Below, piece by piece: positions 1-10,708 of a DNA stretch of 64,000 nucleotides. A model generated the notes under the pieces. That model searched no databases and was not told where the DNA came from. It saw nothing but the letters and a program-made list of their open reading frames with translations. Position 1 is the stretch's first letter; every line of letters starts with the position of its first letter. Origin of the DNA: an uncultured Gemmatimonadales bacterium (GTDB lineage Bacteria; Gemmatimonadota; Gemmatimonadetes; Gemmatimonadales; GWC2-71-9); the NCBI GenBank assembly GCA_963821525.1, contig CAWGED010000019.1:672001-736000 (forward strand), in the 5' to 3' direction. The position numbers and the translations under genes are program-made.

Positions 1-903
1 TTCGCCCGGAAGGAGACGCCCGAGCCGGCCGGGGTGGACTTGAACACCGTGGTGGAACGCACCGCGTTGCTCGTGGCCTACGACCTCCGGCTCCGCGGCA
101 TCGAGCTGGACCAGAAGTTGAGCACCGAAGAGATCAGCGTGAAGGGAAACCGCTACGAGCTGCAGCAGGTGCTGCTGAACCTGCTGACCAATGCGACCCA
201 CGCGATCTCCAAGCTGCACCCTGACGCGGCGCGCCGAATCACCGTCGAGACATTGAGGGATGGCACCCAGGCGGTGCTCCGGGTACGGGATACCGGGCCC
301 GGCGTGCCGCAGCAGCTCGTCTCCCAGCTCTTTACCCCGTTCTTCACCACCAAGGACCCGGGCGAGGGAACCGGGTTGGGCCTCTCGATCAGTTACGGGA
401 TCGTCGAGTCACACGGCGGCCGCCTGAGCTATGCGCCTGCTGTTGGTGGGGGAGCCGAATTCACCGTCTCACTTCCCCACGTGCCTCATGGGGGAGAAGC
501 GCCGGCGGTTCAGCCCGCGGGCCTCGAAGGGCTGCCTCGGGGGAAGGCTGGGCGCTCCATTCTCGTCGTGGATTCGGACCGGGCAGTCCATCGCACGGCG
601 GTGGCACTCTTCGGCATGGCTGGTCATCGCGTGGTCAGCGTGCTGACCGGCGACGAAGCGATGCCGCTCGCGCAGGAAGGGGAGTATGACCTGGTGCTGG
701 CCGATTCTCGCGCGACGATGAAGGGGGAAGGATTCGTGACCCACCTGCTGGCCGCGCGACCCGGGTGGAAGAGCCGGGTGGTTCTCACCGTCCCGGCCGA
801 TACCAGTTCGGTCCAGCTGCAACGCGAGGGATTCAGAGTCGTGGAGCGGCCGATCACCGTCCGCCAGCTGAGCGCCGCGGCGCAGGCACTGCTCGAGGGC
901 TAG
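1..903 (+). CDS. Hybrid sensor histidine kinase, C-terminal part (HATPase + degenerate receiver domain); 5' end outside window
   Basis: N-box [11 protein letters not shown]1 DTGPG, F-box FTPFFTTK, G2 GTGLGL; C-terminal ILVVDSD...DLVLAD REC-like domain; frame open from base 1. Confidence 0.9.
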   Translation, partial: FARKETPEPAGVDLNTVVERTALLVAYDLRLRGIELDQKLSTEEISVKGNRYELQQVLLNLLTNATHAISKLHPDAARRITVETLRDGTQAVLRVRDTGPGVPQQLVSQLFTPFFTTKDPGEGTGLGLSISYGIVESHGGRLSYAPAVGGGAEFTVSLPHVPHGGEAPAVQPAGLEGLPRGKAGRSILVVDSDRAVHRTAVALFGMAGHRVVSVLTGDEAMPLAQEGEYDLVLADSRATMKGEGFVTHLLAARPGWKSRVVLTVPADTSSVQLQREGFRVVERPITVRQLSAAAQALLEG

Positions 904-2375
904 TAACCCGCCTCCTCAGCCCGGCGGAACGGCTGGAGAGTGATCCTGCCGTGCAGTTTCCGGGCGACCTGATCCGCGCTCGCCACCGCCCAGAAATTCC
1001 CGCCCGCGTCGAGCACCGGCGCATCGATGAACCACCGCCGAGCCGAGAGAAAGACGTTGCCGGTAAGCTGAAGGTCGGTGCTGACCGAATCGATCACGAC
1101 ACCGTCATCCACTCCGTCGAACAGATTGCCCCGGATCCTGATCCGGGTACTCCGTTCCACCAGGATCCCCTGCCCCACCTTGGCGATCGTGTTGTCGCCG
1201 ATCCGATAATCCCGGCTCGGCTCATCGCCATCCTTGGAGGTAAAGAGCCGGATACCGACCTTGCCGCCGATGATGATGTTGCCGTTCAGCTCGTTCTCGC
1301 CCCCGTGCTCGATGGCGATGCCGCCAGTACGGGAGCCCACGACGGAGTTCTTCTCCACCGTGTTCGCCCGGGAGTATCCCAGCCAGAACCCGTAGTCCGA
1401 ACTGTCGGCCCGATTCTCCAGGAAGGTGTTCCATTCGCTGAAGGTGGACTCGAACGCATTGTGATAGGCGAACGAGGCGTCGTTCCGGATCACGAGATTG
1501 CCGATCGAGCCCGAGACCTCCGGTCGCTGGCCACTCAGGAAGAACCCGTCTCCCGACCAGGTGAGGTCGTTGTCCGCGATGAAATTCGAATCGCTGCGCT
1601 GCCGGAGCAGGAGGGCCGCGCTATCGCAGCCGTGGCGATAGCCGGGACTCTCGCAGCGCACGTTGTGATCCGCCTTGTTACGGAGAATGGTATTGCGCGA
1701 TGAACGCCAGAGATGGATTCCCCAACCCGAGTTGCCGCTGACATCGTTGTCGGCGATGATCGCGTTCCGGCTCTCGAACAACCCGATGCCGTTCTGCGCC
1801 CCACGCGCGATAACCCCGGTTACCGAGGCGCCGCTGGTTCGCTTGAGATAGACGCCGTGGCCGTAGGTCTCAAACGTGTCGGGATGGAAGATGTCGAGCC
1901 AGTCGGCCTGATCGTAACGCTGCGGAGTCGAGCGCAACGTCTGGCTTCTCGATTGGGAGACATCCACCCCGCTGATCCGGTGTCCGCTTCCTCCATCGAG
2001 CTTGATGCCGTAGCGGTACCCCCGGATCCGGCCTCCGCGAACCGCGACACTGTCGACACCCGTGCTGGTGATTCCGATTCCTCGAAAGTCTGCCGGAACC
2101 GAGTCTCCGCTTTCGAGCGTGACACCGGTGAGGTCGATCCTGGTTCCCGGAGCAGAGGCGACGATGATGCCGCGCTCGTTGGGATCCGGGATGCGATAGC
2201 GGCCGGGACAGATCTTCACGTCCCCGCTCACTTGGGTACCCGGTTTCTGCAGTCGGGTGCAGGCGACGGCGTGAACCGGGAACGGGGAACGGGGAACAGG
2301 GGATCCCGTTGACTCGATAGGACCGATCGAGAGGGACAGCAGCAGGACTGTTGCGATGGCTAGACGAATCATCAT
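900..2375 (-). CDS. Secreted right-handed parallel beta-helix (NosD/CASH-like) protein
   Basis: Signal peptide [18 protein letters not shown]; repeated GIxL...N.I..N motifs; ATG at 2375 overlaps the reconstructed hisF stop (ATGA). Confidence 0.8.
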   Translation of the reverse strand: MMIRLAIATVLLLSLSIGPIESTGSPVPRSPFPVHAVACTRLQKPGTQVSGDVKICPGRYRIPDPNERGIIVASAPGTRIDLTGVTLESGDSVPADFRGIGITSTGVDSVAVRGGRIRGYRYGIKLDGGSGHRISGVDVSQSRSQTLRSTPQRYDQADWLDIFHPDTFETYGHGVYLKRTSGASVTGVIARGAQNGIGLFESRNAIIADNDVSGNSGWGIHLWRSSRNTILRNKADHNVRCESPGYRHGCDSAALLLRQRSDSNFIADNDLTWSGDGFFLSGQRPEVSGSIGNLVIRNDASFAYHNAFESTFSEWNTFLENRADSSDYGFWLGYSRANTVEKNSVVGSRTGGIAIEHGGENELNGNIIIGGKVGIRLFTSKDGDEPSRDYRIGDNTIAKVGQGILVERSTRIRIRGNLFDGVDDGVVIDSVSTDLQLTGNVFLSARRWFIDAPVLDAGGNFWAVASADQVARKLHGRITLQPFRRAEEAGY

Positions 2376-3146
2376 GGTCTCACAACATAGCCCCGCTCCC
2401 GCAGGTAGGCTCGCGCCTCGGGAAGAGAGGAACCTTGATAGTGGAAAATCGATGCGGCCAGAACTCCATGAGCCCCGGCCTCGAACGCCTCGGCGAGATG
2501 CGCCAGGCTTCCCGGCACCGCCCGACGCAATGACCGGAATGCTCACCCGGCGCGTAGTCTCTCGCAGCAGGTCGAGATCATAGCCTGAGCGGGTGCCGTC
2601 CCGGTCCATCGAGGTCAGCAGAATCTCGCCCGCCCCCAACTGCTCCAGCCTGACCATCCATTCGAGACCGTCGAGCCCGGTTGGCTCGCGTCCTCCATTC
2701 ACGTACACCGCCCAGCTCATCGGGTTGCCGTCTGTCGGGGATGGTGTCCGCTTTGCGTCAACCGCCGCCACGATGCATTGAGCGCCGAAGCTGTCCGAGA
2801 GTCGCCGTACCAGCTCGGGATCGCGCGCCGCCGCGGTATTCACCGCGATCTTGTCGGCTCCCGCCCGCAATACCGCCCCGGCGTCTTCCAGCGACCGGAT
2901 CCCGCCCCCCACGGTGAAGGGGATGAGGAGCCTCTCCGCCACGCGAGCGACCATGTCGAGCGTGGTCGCCCGGGACTCGTTGCTGGCGGAGATATCGAGT
3001 AACACCAGCTCATCCGCCCCTTCGGCGTCATACCGCGCGGCCTGTTCGACCGGATCACCGGCATCCCGGAGCGACTCGAAATGCACCCCTTTGACCACCC
3101 GTCCACCGGCGACGTCGAGACAGGGGATGATTCGACGGGCTAGCAT
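2372..3146 (-). CDS. hisF: Imidazole glycerol phosphate synthase cyclase subunit (frameshift near 2510)
   Basis: [12 protein letters not shown]...[13 protein letters not shown]...IASGGAG; the shifted frame continues [23 protein letters not shown]...VVRP-stop at 2372. Confidence 0.93.
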
Positions 3147-3160
3147 GGTAGAAAGGGAGG

Positions 3161-3277
3161 CAATTGAAGATTGAAGATTTTAGATCTCAGATTGAGAATT
3201 GAAAAATTGCAAATTGGCAATTGCAAATTGGTTGCTCGTTCAATCTGCAATCTAAAATCTTCAATCTTCAATCCTCA
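3161..3277. repeat. Inverted heptamer-array element, GATTGAA family
   Basis: (A/G)ATTGAA-like x~10, spacer, CAATCTT-like x5; hisF/NUDIX junction. Confidence 0.85.
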
Positions 3278-3728
3278 GCACGTCCTCCAGCTCCCCCGCA
3301 TTCCCCCGGCCCAACAACACTTCAATGTCCGTCAGCGCCCGCCGCTCGCGGGGCCAGGCGAGACGCTCGCGGGCCGCGGGAAAGGACAGCCACTCGAAGG
3401 CGTCGTGCTCACTGCTCAAGCGTACCGCTGCGTTCGGTACGAAGACCGCGAAGACCGGAATGAAGGCTACCTCGTCCACCCGGTGGCGATAGAACGTTTC
3501 CACCCGGCTCAGGTTGTAAAGTCGTTCCGGCGTGAGACCGGTTTCTTCCCGCAACTCGCGAAGCGCAGCCTGGAGCGGAGTCTCTCCCTCTTCGATGCTC
3601 CCATGCACTACTTCCCAGGCGCCGCTGCAGCGGCCTCCAGGAGCACGGCGAAGCGCCAGGACTTCAAGCGTCGAGCCCGCGCGTCGCAGCGGGTAGACAT
3701 CAACGAAGGTGACCCGGAACGTCGTCAC
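3261..3728 (-). CDS. NUDIX hydrolase (NudB-like)
   Basis: Nudix box GSIEEGETPLQAALRELREETGL and LSSEHDAFEW motif; GTG start overlaps hisH stop. Confidence 0.88.
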   Translation of the reverse strand: MTTFRVTFVDVYPLRRAGSTLEVLALRRAPGGRCSGAWEVVHGSIEEGETPLQAALRELREETGLTPERLYNLSRVETFYRHRVDEVAFIPVFAVFVPNAAVRLSSEHDAFEWLSFPAARERLAWPRERRALTDIEVLLGRGNAGELEDVLRIED

Positions 3729-4345
3729 GGATTCCAGCTGCCGAATCTCGCGAGCAAGGCGACTCCAGCCTGCTGCGATTTCTCCGGGTGGAATTGCACG
3801 CCGAGGACGTTTTCCCGCCCGACAATCGCAGGGAACGCTCCGCCGTAGTCGCCCAGAGCCAGCGCGGTGTCGGCCGCGAGATCGAAGGGATGGTAACTGT
3901 GGACGTGGTAGTAGAACGTGGCCCCATCCGGAAAGAGCGGCATGAGAACCGGATGGCGCCTGCCCTGCTCGGTCGGCCGAATCTCCGCCCATCCAACGTG
4001 AGGGAGTGGGAGGCCGGACCGGAACCGGATCACCCGTCCCTCGAGGATTCCCAGTCCCCTGGCCTCCGGGGCTTCCTCGCTCTCCGGAAACAGGAGCTGC
4101 AATCCGAGGCAGATGCCGAGCACGGGCCTGCCCGCTGCGGCGACGGCGCGGATCGCGTCGGGAAGGCCACGCTCCGCGAGATTGCGGGAACCTTGTCCGA
4201 AGTGGCCTACTCCGGGCACTACGAGCCGACCGGCCTTGCGCAGCTCATCTGGATCGGCCGAGAGCATGGCCTCGTGGCCGGCAGCGGCCAGGGCCCGGAC
4301 CACGCTGCTGAGATTGTTGACTCCGTAATCCACCACAGCGATCAC
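3725..4345 (-). CDS. hisH: Imidazole glycerol phosphate synthase glutamine amidotransferase subunit
   Basis: [38 protein letters not shown] overlaps hisB stop. Confidence 0.95.
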   Translation of the reverse strand: MIAVVDYGVNNLSSVVRALAAAGHEAMLSADPDELRKAGRLVVPGVGHFGQGSRNLAERGLPDAIRAVAAAGRPVLGICLGLQLLFPESEEAPEARGLGILEGRVIRFRSGLPLPHVGWAEIRPTEQGRRHPVLMPLFPDGATFYYHVHSYHPFDLAADTALALGDYGGAFPAIVGRENVLGVQFHPEKSQQAGVALLARFGSWNP

Positions 4346-4933
4346 AGCACGCCCTTGGTAGACGGAACACCCTTGACTCGAGGATCCCGCGAGATCGCGG
4401 ATTCCAGGGCGCGAGCAAACGCCTTGAACGCGGCTTCCACGATGTGATGCGGGTTGTCTCCCCGGATCAGGTCCATGTGGGCCGTGAGACCGGCATGCTG
4501 TACCAGGGCGCGGAAGAACTCCGGAGTGAGGAAGACGTCGTAGTCTCCCAGCATCTGCCACTTGGGGATGTCCACGTGATACGCCAGGAAAGGGCGACCC
4601 GAGACGTCGATCACCACTCGCACCAGGGCGTCATCCAGCGGCACCAGCGCATCGGCGTAACGGCGGATTCCGGCGCGATCTCCCAGCGCCTTGGCGATGG
4701 CCTGGCCGAGTACGATGCCGGTGTCCTCCACCGTATGATGCCCGTCCACGTGGAGGTCGCCCTCGACCCTCGAGCTCGAGGTCGAGCAGCCCATGCCGGG
4801 CGAATGCCTCGAGCATGTGATCGAAGAAGCCCAGCCCGGTCTTGACCCGCGCCTCGCCGGTTCCGTCCAGGTTCACCCGGGCGCGGAGCGTGGTTTCTTT
4901 GGTTGTCCGGAAGACTTCGGCGGTGCGTATCAT
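4342..4933 (-). CDS. hisB: Imidazoleglycerol-phosphate dehydratase (frameshift near 4769)
   Basis: RTTKET...GFFDHML in one frame; [13 protein letters not shown]...[12 protein letters not shown]...PSTKGVL in the adjacent frame. Confidence 0.93.
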
Positions 4934-5048
4934 AGGGAGTAGGGAGTAGGTGTTGGGCAGTAGGGCGCGGGGGGCGGACTCATGGTGGGACGAAGCCTTG
5001 CAACCTCGGTGAAACGCCCTACCCCCTACTCCCCACTTCCTACAACCT
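4934..5048. repeat. Inverted heptamer-array element, AGGGAGT family
   Basis: AGGGAGT AGGGAGT AGGTGTT GGGCAGT ... ACTCCCC ACTTCCT ACAACCT; fills the hisB/hisC gap. Confidence 0.85.
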
Positions 5049-5049
5049 G

Positions 5050-6162
5050 TCAGTCCTTGAGAATTGCCGAAAGGCCCGCCACCACCGCCGCGGTGTCCTC
5101 CGCCGTCCCCACCGATATCCTCAAACACTCGGCCAGCCCAGCGCCGCTCGACACGTCCCGCACCAGAATCCCATGCTCCTCCACCAGCCGCCGGAACACG
5201 GTGCGGGCGGGAACCCGGTCGCAGCGGACCAGGACGAAATTGGCCTTGCTGGGGAACGGATGCAGCCCGGCGATGGAGCCCAGGAAGCCGAGGAAGCGGT
5301 CCCGCTCCTGGGCGATCGCCTTGGCCCGCGTGGCGAACTCCGCACTGTGCTTGAGCATCACCTCCGCCGCCACCAGCGTGATCGCATTCACGTTGTAGGG
5401 CAGCTTGGCCTTCGCTATCTCCCGGGCGACATCCGGATGAGCCAGCGCGTAGCCGAACCGGAGGCCCGCCATGCCCATCGCCTTCGACAGGGTTCGCAGC
5501 ACGACGATTCGGGGCGACTGGCGCAGCAGGGTAAGCGCCGTTGGGCCGCCGAAGTCCTGGTAGGCTTCGTCGCAGAGCAGAAGCGACTCGGTCCGCTCCA
5601 GCAACGTCGCCACACCGTCCTCCGGCAGGACGGACCCGGTGGGATTGTTGGGCGAGTTCAGCACCACGACCCGGGCCCGCTCGCGCCGTGCCACGGCGGC
5701 GAGCGCATCCACATCGTAGGCGTATTCCGCTCCGAGCGGCACTGGGAGATATCGCCCGCCCATCACTCCGGTCATGATCCGGTAGAGCGCGAAGGAAGGC
5801 TGGGGCACCACGACCGGATCGCCGGTATTCACCGCGACCGAAATCGAAGCCTGGATCACCTCGTTGGACCCGTTCCCAACCAGCACTCCCTCCGGATCCC
5901 AATCGTGCTTCGCCGCGATCTGCTCGACCAGCTTCCGCGGCACGAACTCAGGATAACGGTTCCACGGCGTAGCAAGCGCGCGCTCGATTACCTCCCGCTT
6001 GAGATGCTCGGGAACATCGAACGGCGATTCGTTCTGATTGAGCTTTCGCTCGGCGGAGAGGCCGGAGAGCGTGTAGGCGGAGAGGGAGAGGACGGTAGGC
6101 TTGATCAGTCCGGCAATTTCAGATTGCCGATTGCTGATTGCAGATTGGGAGGGGCTCGTCAT
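5050..6162 (-). CDS. hisC: Histidinol-phosphate aminotransferase
   Basis: [40 protein letters not shown]; his operon context. Confidence 0.93.
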   Translation of the reverse strand: MTSPSQSAISNRQSEIAGLIKPTVLSLSAYTLSGLSAERKLNQNESPFDVPEHLKREVIERALATPWNRYPEFVPRKLVEQIAAKHDWDPEGVLVGNGSNEVIQASISVAVNTGDPVVVPQPSFALYRIMTGVMGGRYLPVPLGAEYAYDVDALAAVARRERARVVVLNSPNNPTGSVLPEDGVATLLERTESLLLCDEAYQDFGGPTALTLLRQSPRIVVLRTLSKAMGMAGLRFGYALAHPDVAREIAKAKLPYNVNAITLVAAEVMLKHSAEFATRAKAIAQERDRFLGFLGSIAGLHPFPSKANFVLVRCDRVPARTVFRRLVEEHGILVRDVSSGAGLAECLRISVGTAEDTAAVVAGLSAILKD

Positions 6163-6268
6163 TTCCGGCTCACGTTCAGTCGCCAACCAACCCGCAGAAT
6201 TCAATTACCAATTTTCAATTACCAATTACCAATTGTCAATCTTAAATCTTCAATCTTAAATCTCCAAT
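6121..6268. repeat. Inverted heptamer-array element, GATTG family, enclosing the hisC start
   Basis: AGATTGC CGATTGC TGATTGC AGATTGG ... CAATTAC / CAATCTT x~10. Confidence 0.8.
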
Positions 6269-6271
6269 CAC

Positions 6272-8533
6272 CTACTCCTTCCTCCTCGCCAGCACCACCT
6301 CCAGCCGTTTCGAAAGCGCCTTGGCTCGGAAGGGCTTGGTGAGGAAATCGTCGGCGCCCAGCTCGAAGACCCGGACTTCGTTGTCCTCGTCGCCTTTGGC
6401 GGTGAGAACGATGACTGGGGTCTTCCTGGTGGCGGGACGGGAGCGGAGCTGTGAAAGCACCGAGTATCCGTCCATGTCCGGCAGGTTCAAGTCGAGCACG
6501 ACCACATCGGGGGCGTGGCGGTCCACCTGGTCCAGCGCCTCGACCCCATTTCTTGCCTCGAGGACCGCGTATCCCTCGCGGGCCAGCAGATCCTTCATGA
6601 CCCGACGCAGCGAATCCTCGTCGTCCACCAGGAGGACCGATGCTCCGTGGACCGGCCGGACGACTTCGACGCTCGCGGCCTCATCGTCAATCAGGTCGAA
6701 GGCGGTCGTGAGATCGGCGACCGGAATATTGACCGCGGGGACGGGACCCGAGGGCGTGCCGTGGTGGGGACCGGGTGTGCTGCGCTTGGACGGAAGCGGC
6801 GTGTTGACGCTTGGCGTCGCCGGGCGGCCGGTGCTGCGCTCGTCCATCGGAACGTCCACCACGCGAAGCAGCTCCTCTACGCTGGTTTCGCCGCTCAATA
6901 CATGTTGCACACCGCTTTCGAACAGCGACTTCATCCCGTTGGCCCTGGCGGCTTCGGCGATCTTGTCCGCCTGACCGCCCGCTCCGATCCTCCGCTCCAG
7001 CTCGGCGTTCATCGTAAGAATCTCGACCACCGAGAATCGCCCGCGGTACCCGGTCATGGCGCAATCGGGGCAGCCGACGGCCCGATAGAGCGTCGTGCCC
7101 GGCGGGATGTAGCGCCGGATCCGGGTCGGGATATCTCCGTCGTTGACCTCGCGACAGCGGGGACAGATCCGCCGCATGAGGCGCTGGGCGATCACCCCGC
7201 GGAGGGCCGGGCCGATCTTGTACGGCTCCATCCCCATGTCCACCAGACGGGTGATGGCGTTGGGTGCGTCGTTGGTGTGCAGGGTCGAGAGCACCAGGTG
7301 GCCGGTCAGCGAGGCCTGCAGCGCGATCTGCGCCGTCTCCCGGTCGCGCACCTCACCCACCAGCACCACGTCGGGGTCCTGGCGGAGGATCGACCGGAGT
7401 GCCGCCGAGAAGGTGAGTCCCGCCTTCTCGTGCACCTGCACCTGGACGATGCCCTTGCCCAAGCGGTATTCGACCGGGTCCTCGACGGTGACGATGTTGA
7501 CGCCGTCGCTCTGAACCATGCGCAGCGCGGAGTAGAGCGTCGTGGTCTTGCCCGAGCCGGTCGGCCCGGTGACCAGGACGATGCCCTCCTTGTTGTTGAG
7601 CAGGTTCTTGATCGCTTCGCGCTCTTCCTCGCTCATGCCGAGCGAATCGAGCGAGAGCACCGTGGCCTTGGCGTTGAGAATCCGGATGACGACCTTCTCG
7701 CCGAGGGAGGCGGGGAGGGTCGAGACCCGCAGGTCCACGGGGGAGCCGTTCACCGCGACCCGGGCGCGGCCGTCCTGCGGGCGCAGCCGGTCAGCGATGT
7801 CCAGCCCGGACATGATCTTGATGCGCGAGATGAGTGGTGCGCCCGCGGTCCGCGGAATGTTCATGACCTGGCGCAAGACTCCGTCGATCCGGTAGCGAAC
7901 CGCAACGCCCGCTTCGCCCGGCTCGATGTGAATGTCGCTTGCCCGAGACAGGATTCCGTCCGAAAGCATCAGGTCGACCAATCGCACCACCGGCCGCTGA
8001 CTGGCCTCGTCGGCCGAGGCGCTGAGCTCGGCCAGCCCCTCGTTGTCATCCAGCTGGGTGACCTCGAGGCCCTCGTCCATATTCCCCAGCAGCTGGCTCA
8101 TTACCTCCGAGCTGCCGCGGTAGAGCTCATCCATCTTTTCGGCGATGCGGGACGGCGAGCACAGGTGCATCCGCACCTCGCGGCCGGTGGCGAAGGCGAG
8201 ATCCTTTTCCGCGTCGATGTCGTTGGGGTTCGCCGTCGCGATCTCGAGATACGAGTCGCTGATGCCGATGGGGATGATGTTGAAGCGACGGACCAGCGGT
8301 TCGGGTACCGCTTCGCGCGCTTTCTGATCGACCTGATTCAGGTCCGCGACGGGCAGTCGGAACCGTGCAGCGGCGGCCTTCAGGATGTCGTCGTCCTTCG
8401 CCTCTTTGCGCTGGACCAGCGTGGTCCAGAGCGAGACCGGCTCCTTGCCTGGTGCCTCGCGCAAACTATCGAGGACCCCGGGCTTCAGAATCTTCTCCAG
8501 GCTGGGGACGAGCCACTCATCCGTAAACTGCAT
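6272..8533 (-). CDS. GspE/PilB-family secretion/pilus ATPase with C-terminal response-regulator receiver domain
   Basis: ASDIHIEP, PQDGR, Walker A GPTGSGKTTT, LRQDPDVVLVGEVRD, GHLVLSTLHTN, CxxC pairs; C-terminal VLLVDD...DLNLP...TAK...KPF. Confidence 0.92.
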   Translation of the reverse strand: MQFTDEWLVPSLEKILKPGVLDSLREAPGKEPVSLWTTLVQRKEAKDDDILKAAAARFRLPVADLNQVDQKAREAVPEPLVRRFNIIPIGISDSYLEIATANPNDIDAEKDLAFATGREVRMHLCSPSRIAEKMDELYRGSSEVMSQLLGNMDEGLEVTQLDDNEGLAELSASADEASQRPVVRLVDLMLSDGILSRASDIHIEPGEAGVAVRYRIDGVLRQVMNIPRTAGAPLISRIKIMSGLDIADRLRPQDGRARVAVNGSPVDLRVSTLPASLGEKVVIRILNAKATVLSLDSLGMSEEEREAIKNLLNNKEGIVLVTGPTGSGKTTTLYSALRMVQSDGVNIVTVEDPVEYRLGKGIVQVQVHEKAGLTFSAALRSILRQDPDVVLVGEVRDRETAQIALQASLTGHLVLSTLHTNDAPNAITRLVDMGMEPYKIGPALRGVIAQRLMRRICPRCREVNDGDIPTRIRRYIPPGTTLYRAVGCPDCAMTGYRGRFSVVEILTMNAELERRIGAGGQADKIAEAARANGMKSLFESGVQHVLSGETSVEELLRVVDVPMDERSTGRPATPSVNTPLPSKRSTPGPHHGTPSGPVPAVNIPVADLTTAFDLIDDEAASVEVVRPVHGASVLLVDDEDSLRRVMKDLLAREGYAVLEARNGVEALDQVDRHAPDVVVLDLNLPDMDGYSVLSQLRSRPATRKTPVIVLTAKGDEDNEVRVFELGADDFLTKPFRAKALSKRLEVVLARRKE

Positions 8534-8625
8534 TTAACCTCAAGCCTGATAACTAATTAGGGGAGGACGGAGGGAGCCGGTTCGCCTCCTCAAAGGTAAG
8601 GTAGCTGACCCAGAGATTACAGGGG

Positions 8626-10686
8626 CTACAAAACGCCCCACCAATCCGGATTCACGTCCACCATCACGCCGACGTCCCCCGTCTTCAGTGCGACTCCTGC
8701 CTCTACTCGGAGGAGCCTCATAAGAAATTCCGCCGCCACACCAGCCACTGGACGGACTCCTGGTGTGTTATCCCAAGGGGTGTTGGGTACCTCGTCGCTG
8801 GTCCACCCGGCAGCGAGGAAGGGACCCACGCTAATGGTTTGCCCGGTCGATGCAAAGGAGCCCAGCGGAATCGCGACAAAGGGTACTGGAAAGTCCCACT
8901 CAAGCCTGCCCAAGGCGATAGCCCTGCCGCCATAGGCTCGAAACGGTTCTCCTGGCAGCGTTCCTCGTCCGCCCAGAACGAAGCTCCGATAGGCAGGAAG
9001 TCCTGCCGTCCCCCAACCCCCGTAGGCCGTGAAGCCCAGCGTCCCAGGGCCGAGCGGCATAGCCACCGTGCCCTCGCCGGTCGCCCTGAAATATTCGTTC
9101 CCCCCTGTGCTGGCCTCGACCGCGACAGATCCGCTGGTGAGTGCCAGTCCGCGCGAAGCGCCCAGCTCGCCCGCATTCCTGGACAAGGCGACTCCTCCCA
9201 CGAAGCTCGCGTCGGAGCCCAACGCAGGATTGGAGCGATAACTGCCGTGGGCGGGACTGGCTTCGACATCGAGAGAGGATGGGTCTTCATACCCCGCCGT
9301 CAGTGAAATCGCCGTGACTCCTGAGAGTGGGTATCGCACACCAATCCCGATCCGATCGACCATCACGTAATCGCCGTAATCCTCGCCGGCTTCCTGAGAC
9401 AGGATCGAATTCAATACGCCTGAGATGACGGGAACGTCACTGAAGTCATGGATCGACCTGCCGCCCTCCAGTGTTACGGTGGCCGGCCCCGTCGCTACGC
9501 TGATGGCAAGCCCTCCTGTGAATCGCTCGTCTGAAGTCCCGAAGGCGACCCGCGGTTTGAGCAGAATCCTCCGCTGGTCCAAGGCCAGCGTCGCGGCGGC
9601 ACCGAGCGTCAGCCCCTGTACTCGATTCACCCGGATAATGTCGCTGACTGAGGGGATGGCCAGGCCGCCGGAGCCCAGACCTGATAGAATCCGCCCCCCG
9701 GCGATGCGGCCGAATTCCACCCGGAGCGAGTCGAGGTCGCGCTGCGTGACTGGCGCGGCGACTTCGCCCAGAGACTGGGCAAGCGGTTGACTCCACTGGC
9801 CGCCAGTGTCGGAGGCCGCGAGCATCCCTCCAATGGCCGGGCCCCTCAGGACTTCGGGAGGTATCGCCACATCGAAATCGTAGTCCCCGATTTCCCAGCG
9901 ACCCCGGATGATTCCCCGCGCCGGGAAGTCGAGCCACTGACTGCGCCGCCGGATCTCGATCTCCTGCCGATAGGGAAGCCACCAGCGGTCTTCGAACCGG
10001 GCATTTTCGAGCATGATGGAAATGTCTTCCAGGCCCTTTTCCAGATACGCCGCCGGGGTAAACCCGAAGCGGAACCGCACCAGCTCGGCGCTCGTTGCAT
10101 CGAGAGAAAGCGTTCCCACCACGAGAGGCTGACTCCAGTCTTTGGGACGCACCTGGAGCTGGTAGACCAGCAGCTCGCCGCCCCGGGTCTCGATGCGAAG
10201 CGAATCGATCAGCGCGAAGTCGTAGCGAGTCAGGCCGTCGGGCGAGAGCGGGTGAACCACGTCTCTCACCTCGTCGCCCTCGCCGATCCGGATCCGGTTA
10301 CCGAAGTTGTTGGTGACGATGCCGAGGTGATCGCGATGATAGTTGATGTCGGTCGGCAGCCAGCGACCGTCCCGCCAACCGAGGATGATCTGCTTGCTCA
10401 GATCCGGGGCGCGCCAATAGACTTCGACGTCGAGCTCGTCGGCCTTGACCAGGCGTGGCGCCCCTTGCAGCGCGTCGCCCACTTGGGCAAGGAACAGCAC
10501 GAAACCGTGAGCCCGCGTTCGATAGCTGCGCAGGGAGGAGTCGCGCTGAACCTGTGCCCTCACTTCTGTGGCGCGAGCAGCCAGATCCAGGGCTTCCGGC
10601 GAGTTCCACTGCTGGGCGGCCAGGGTCGTCGAGAGACCGGGCAGCAGCAGGAGCGCGGCGTACCATCGTGAACGTCTAATCCCCAT
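8626..10686 (-). CDS. Exported protein with probable C-terminal outer-membrane beta-barrel (start uncertain)
   Basis: Signal-like YAALLLLPGLSTTLAAQ; C-terminal amphipathic strands, LGGRGTLPG loop resembling the Omp85-family motif, aromatic C-terminus. Confidence 0.6.
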   Translation of the reverse strand: MGIRRSRWYAALLLLPGLSTTLAAQQWNSPEALDLAARATEVRAQVQRDSSLRSYRTRAHGFVLFLAQVGDALQGAPRLVKADELDVEVYWRAPDLSKQIILGWRDGRWLPTDINYHRDHLGIVTNNFGNRIRIGEGDEVRDVVHPLSPDGLTRYDFALIDSLRIETRGGELLVYQLQVRPKDWSQPLVVGTLSLDATSAELVRFRFGFTPAAYLEKGLEDISIMLENARFEDRWWLPYRQEIEIRRRSQWLDFPARGIIRGRWEIGDYDFDVAIPPEVLRGPAIGGMLAASDTGGQWSQPLAQSLGEVAAPVTQRDLDSLRVEFGRIAGGRILSGLGSGGLAIPSVSDIIRVNRVQGLTLGAAATLALDQRRILLKPRVAFGTSDERFTGGLAISVATGPATVTLEGGRSIHDFSDVPVISGVLNSILSQEAGEDYGDYVMVDRIGIGVRYPLSGVTAISLTAGYEDPSSLDVEASPAHGSYRSNPALGSDASFVGGVALSRNAGELGASRGLALTSGSVAVEASTGGNEYFRATGEGTVAMPLGPGTLGFTAYGGWGTAGLPAYRSFVLGGRGTLPGEPFRAYGGRAIALGRLEWDFPVPFVAIPLGSFASTGQTISVGPFLAAGWTSDEVPNTPWDNTPGVRPVAGVAAEFLMRLLRVEAGVALKTGDVGVMVDVNPDWWGVL

Positions 10687-10708
10687 CGATCCCCCTGTCC
10701 CCTGTCTC

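Noticed and set aside
900..2375. nosD of a nitrous oxide reductase cluster
   Set aside because: No nosZ/F/Y nearby; only the generic beta-helix fold is supported
900..3146. Apparent HisF / beta-helix fusion (748-aa ORF)
   Set aside because: The true HisF C-terminus is in the adjacent frame and stops at 2372, and the second protein has its own ATG and signal peptide; one indel creates the fusion
6515..8560. Long antisense ORFs (also 12583-14196, 55555-57003, 61815-63326)
   Set aside because: Shadow frames of well-supported genes in high-GC DNA, with no recognisable motifs
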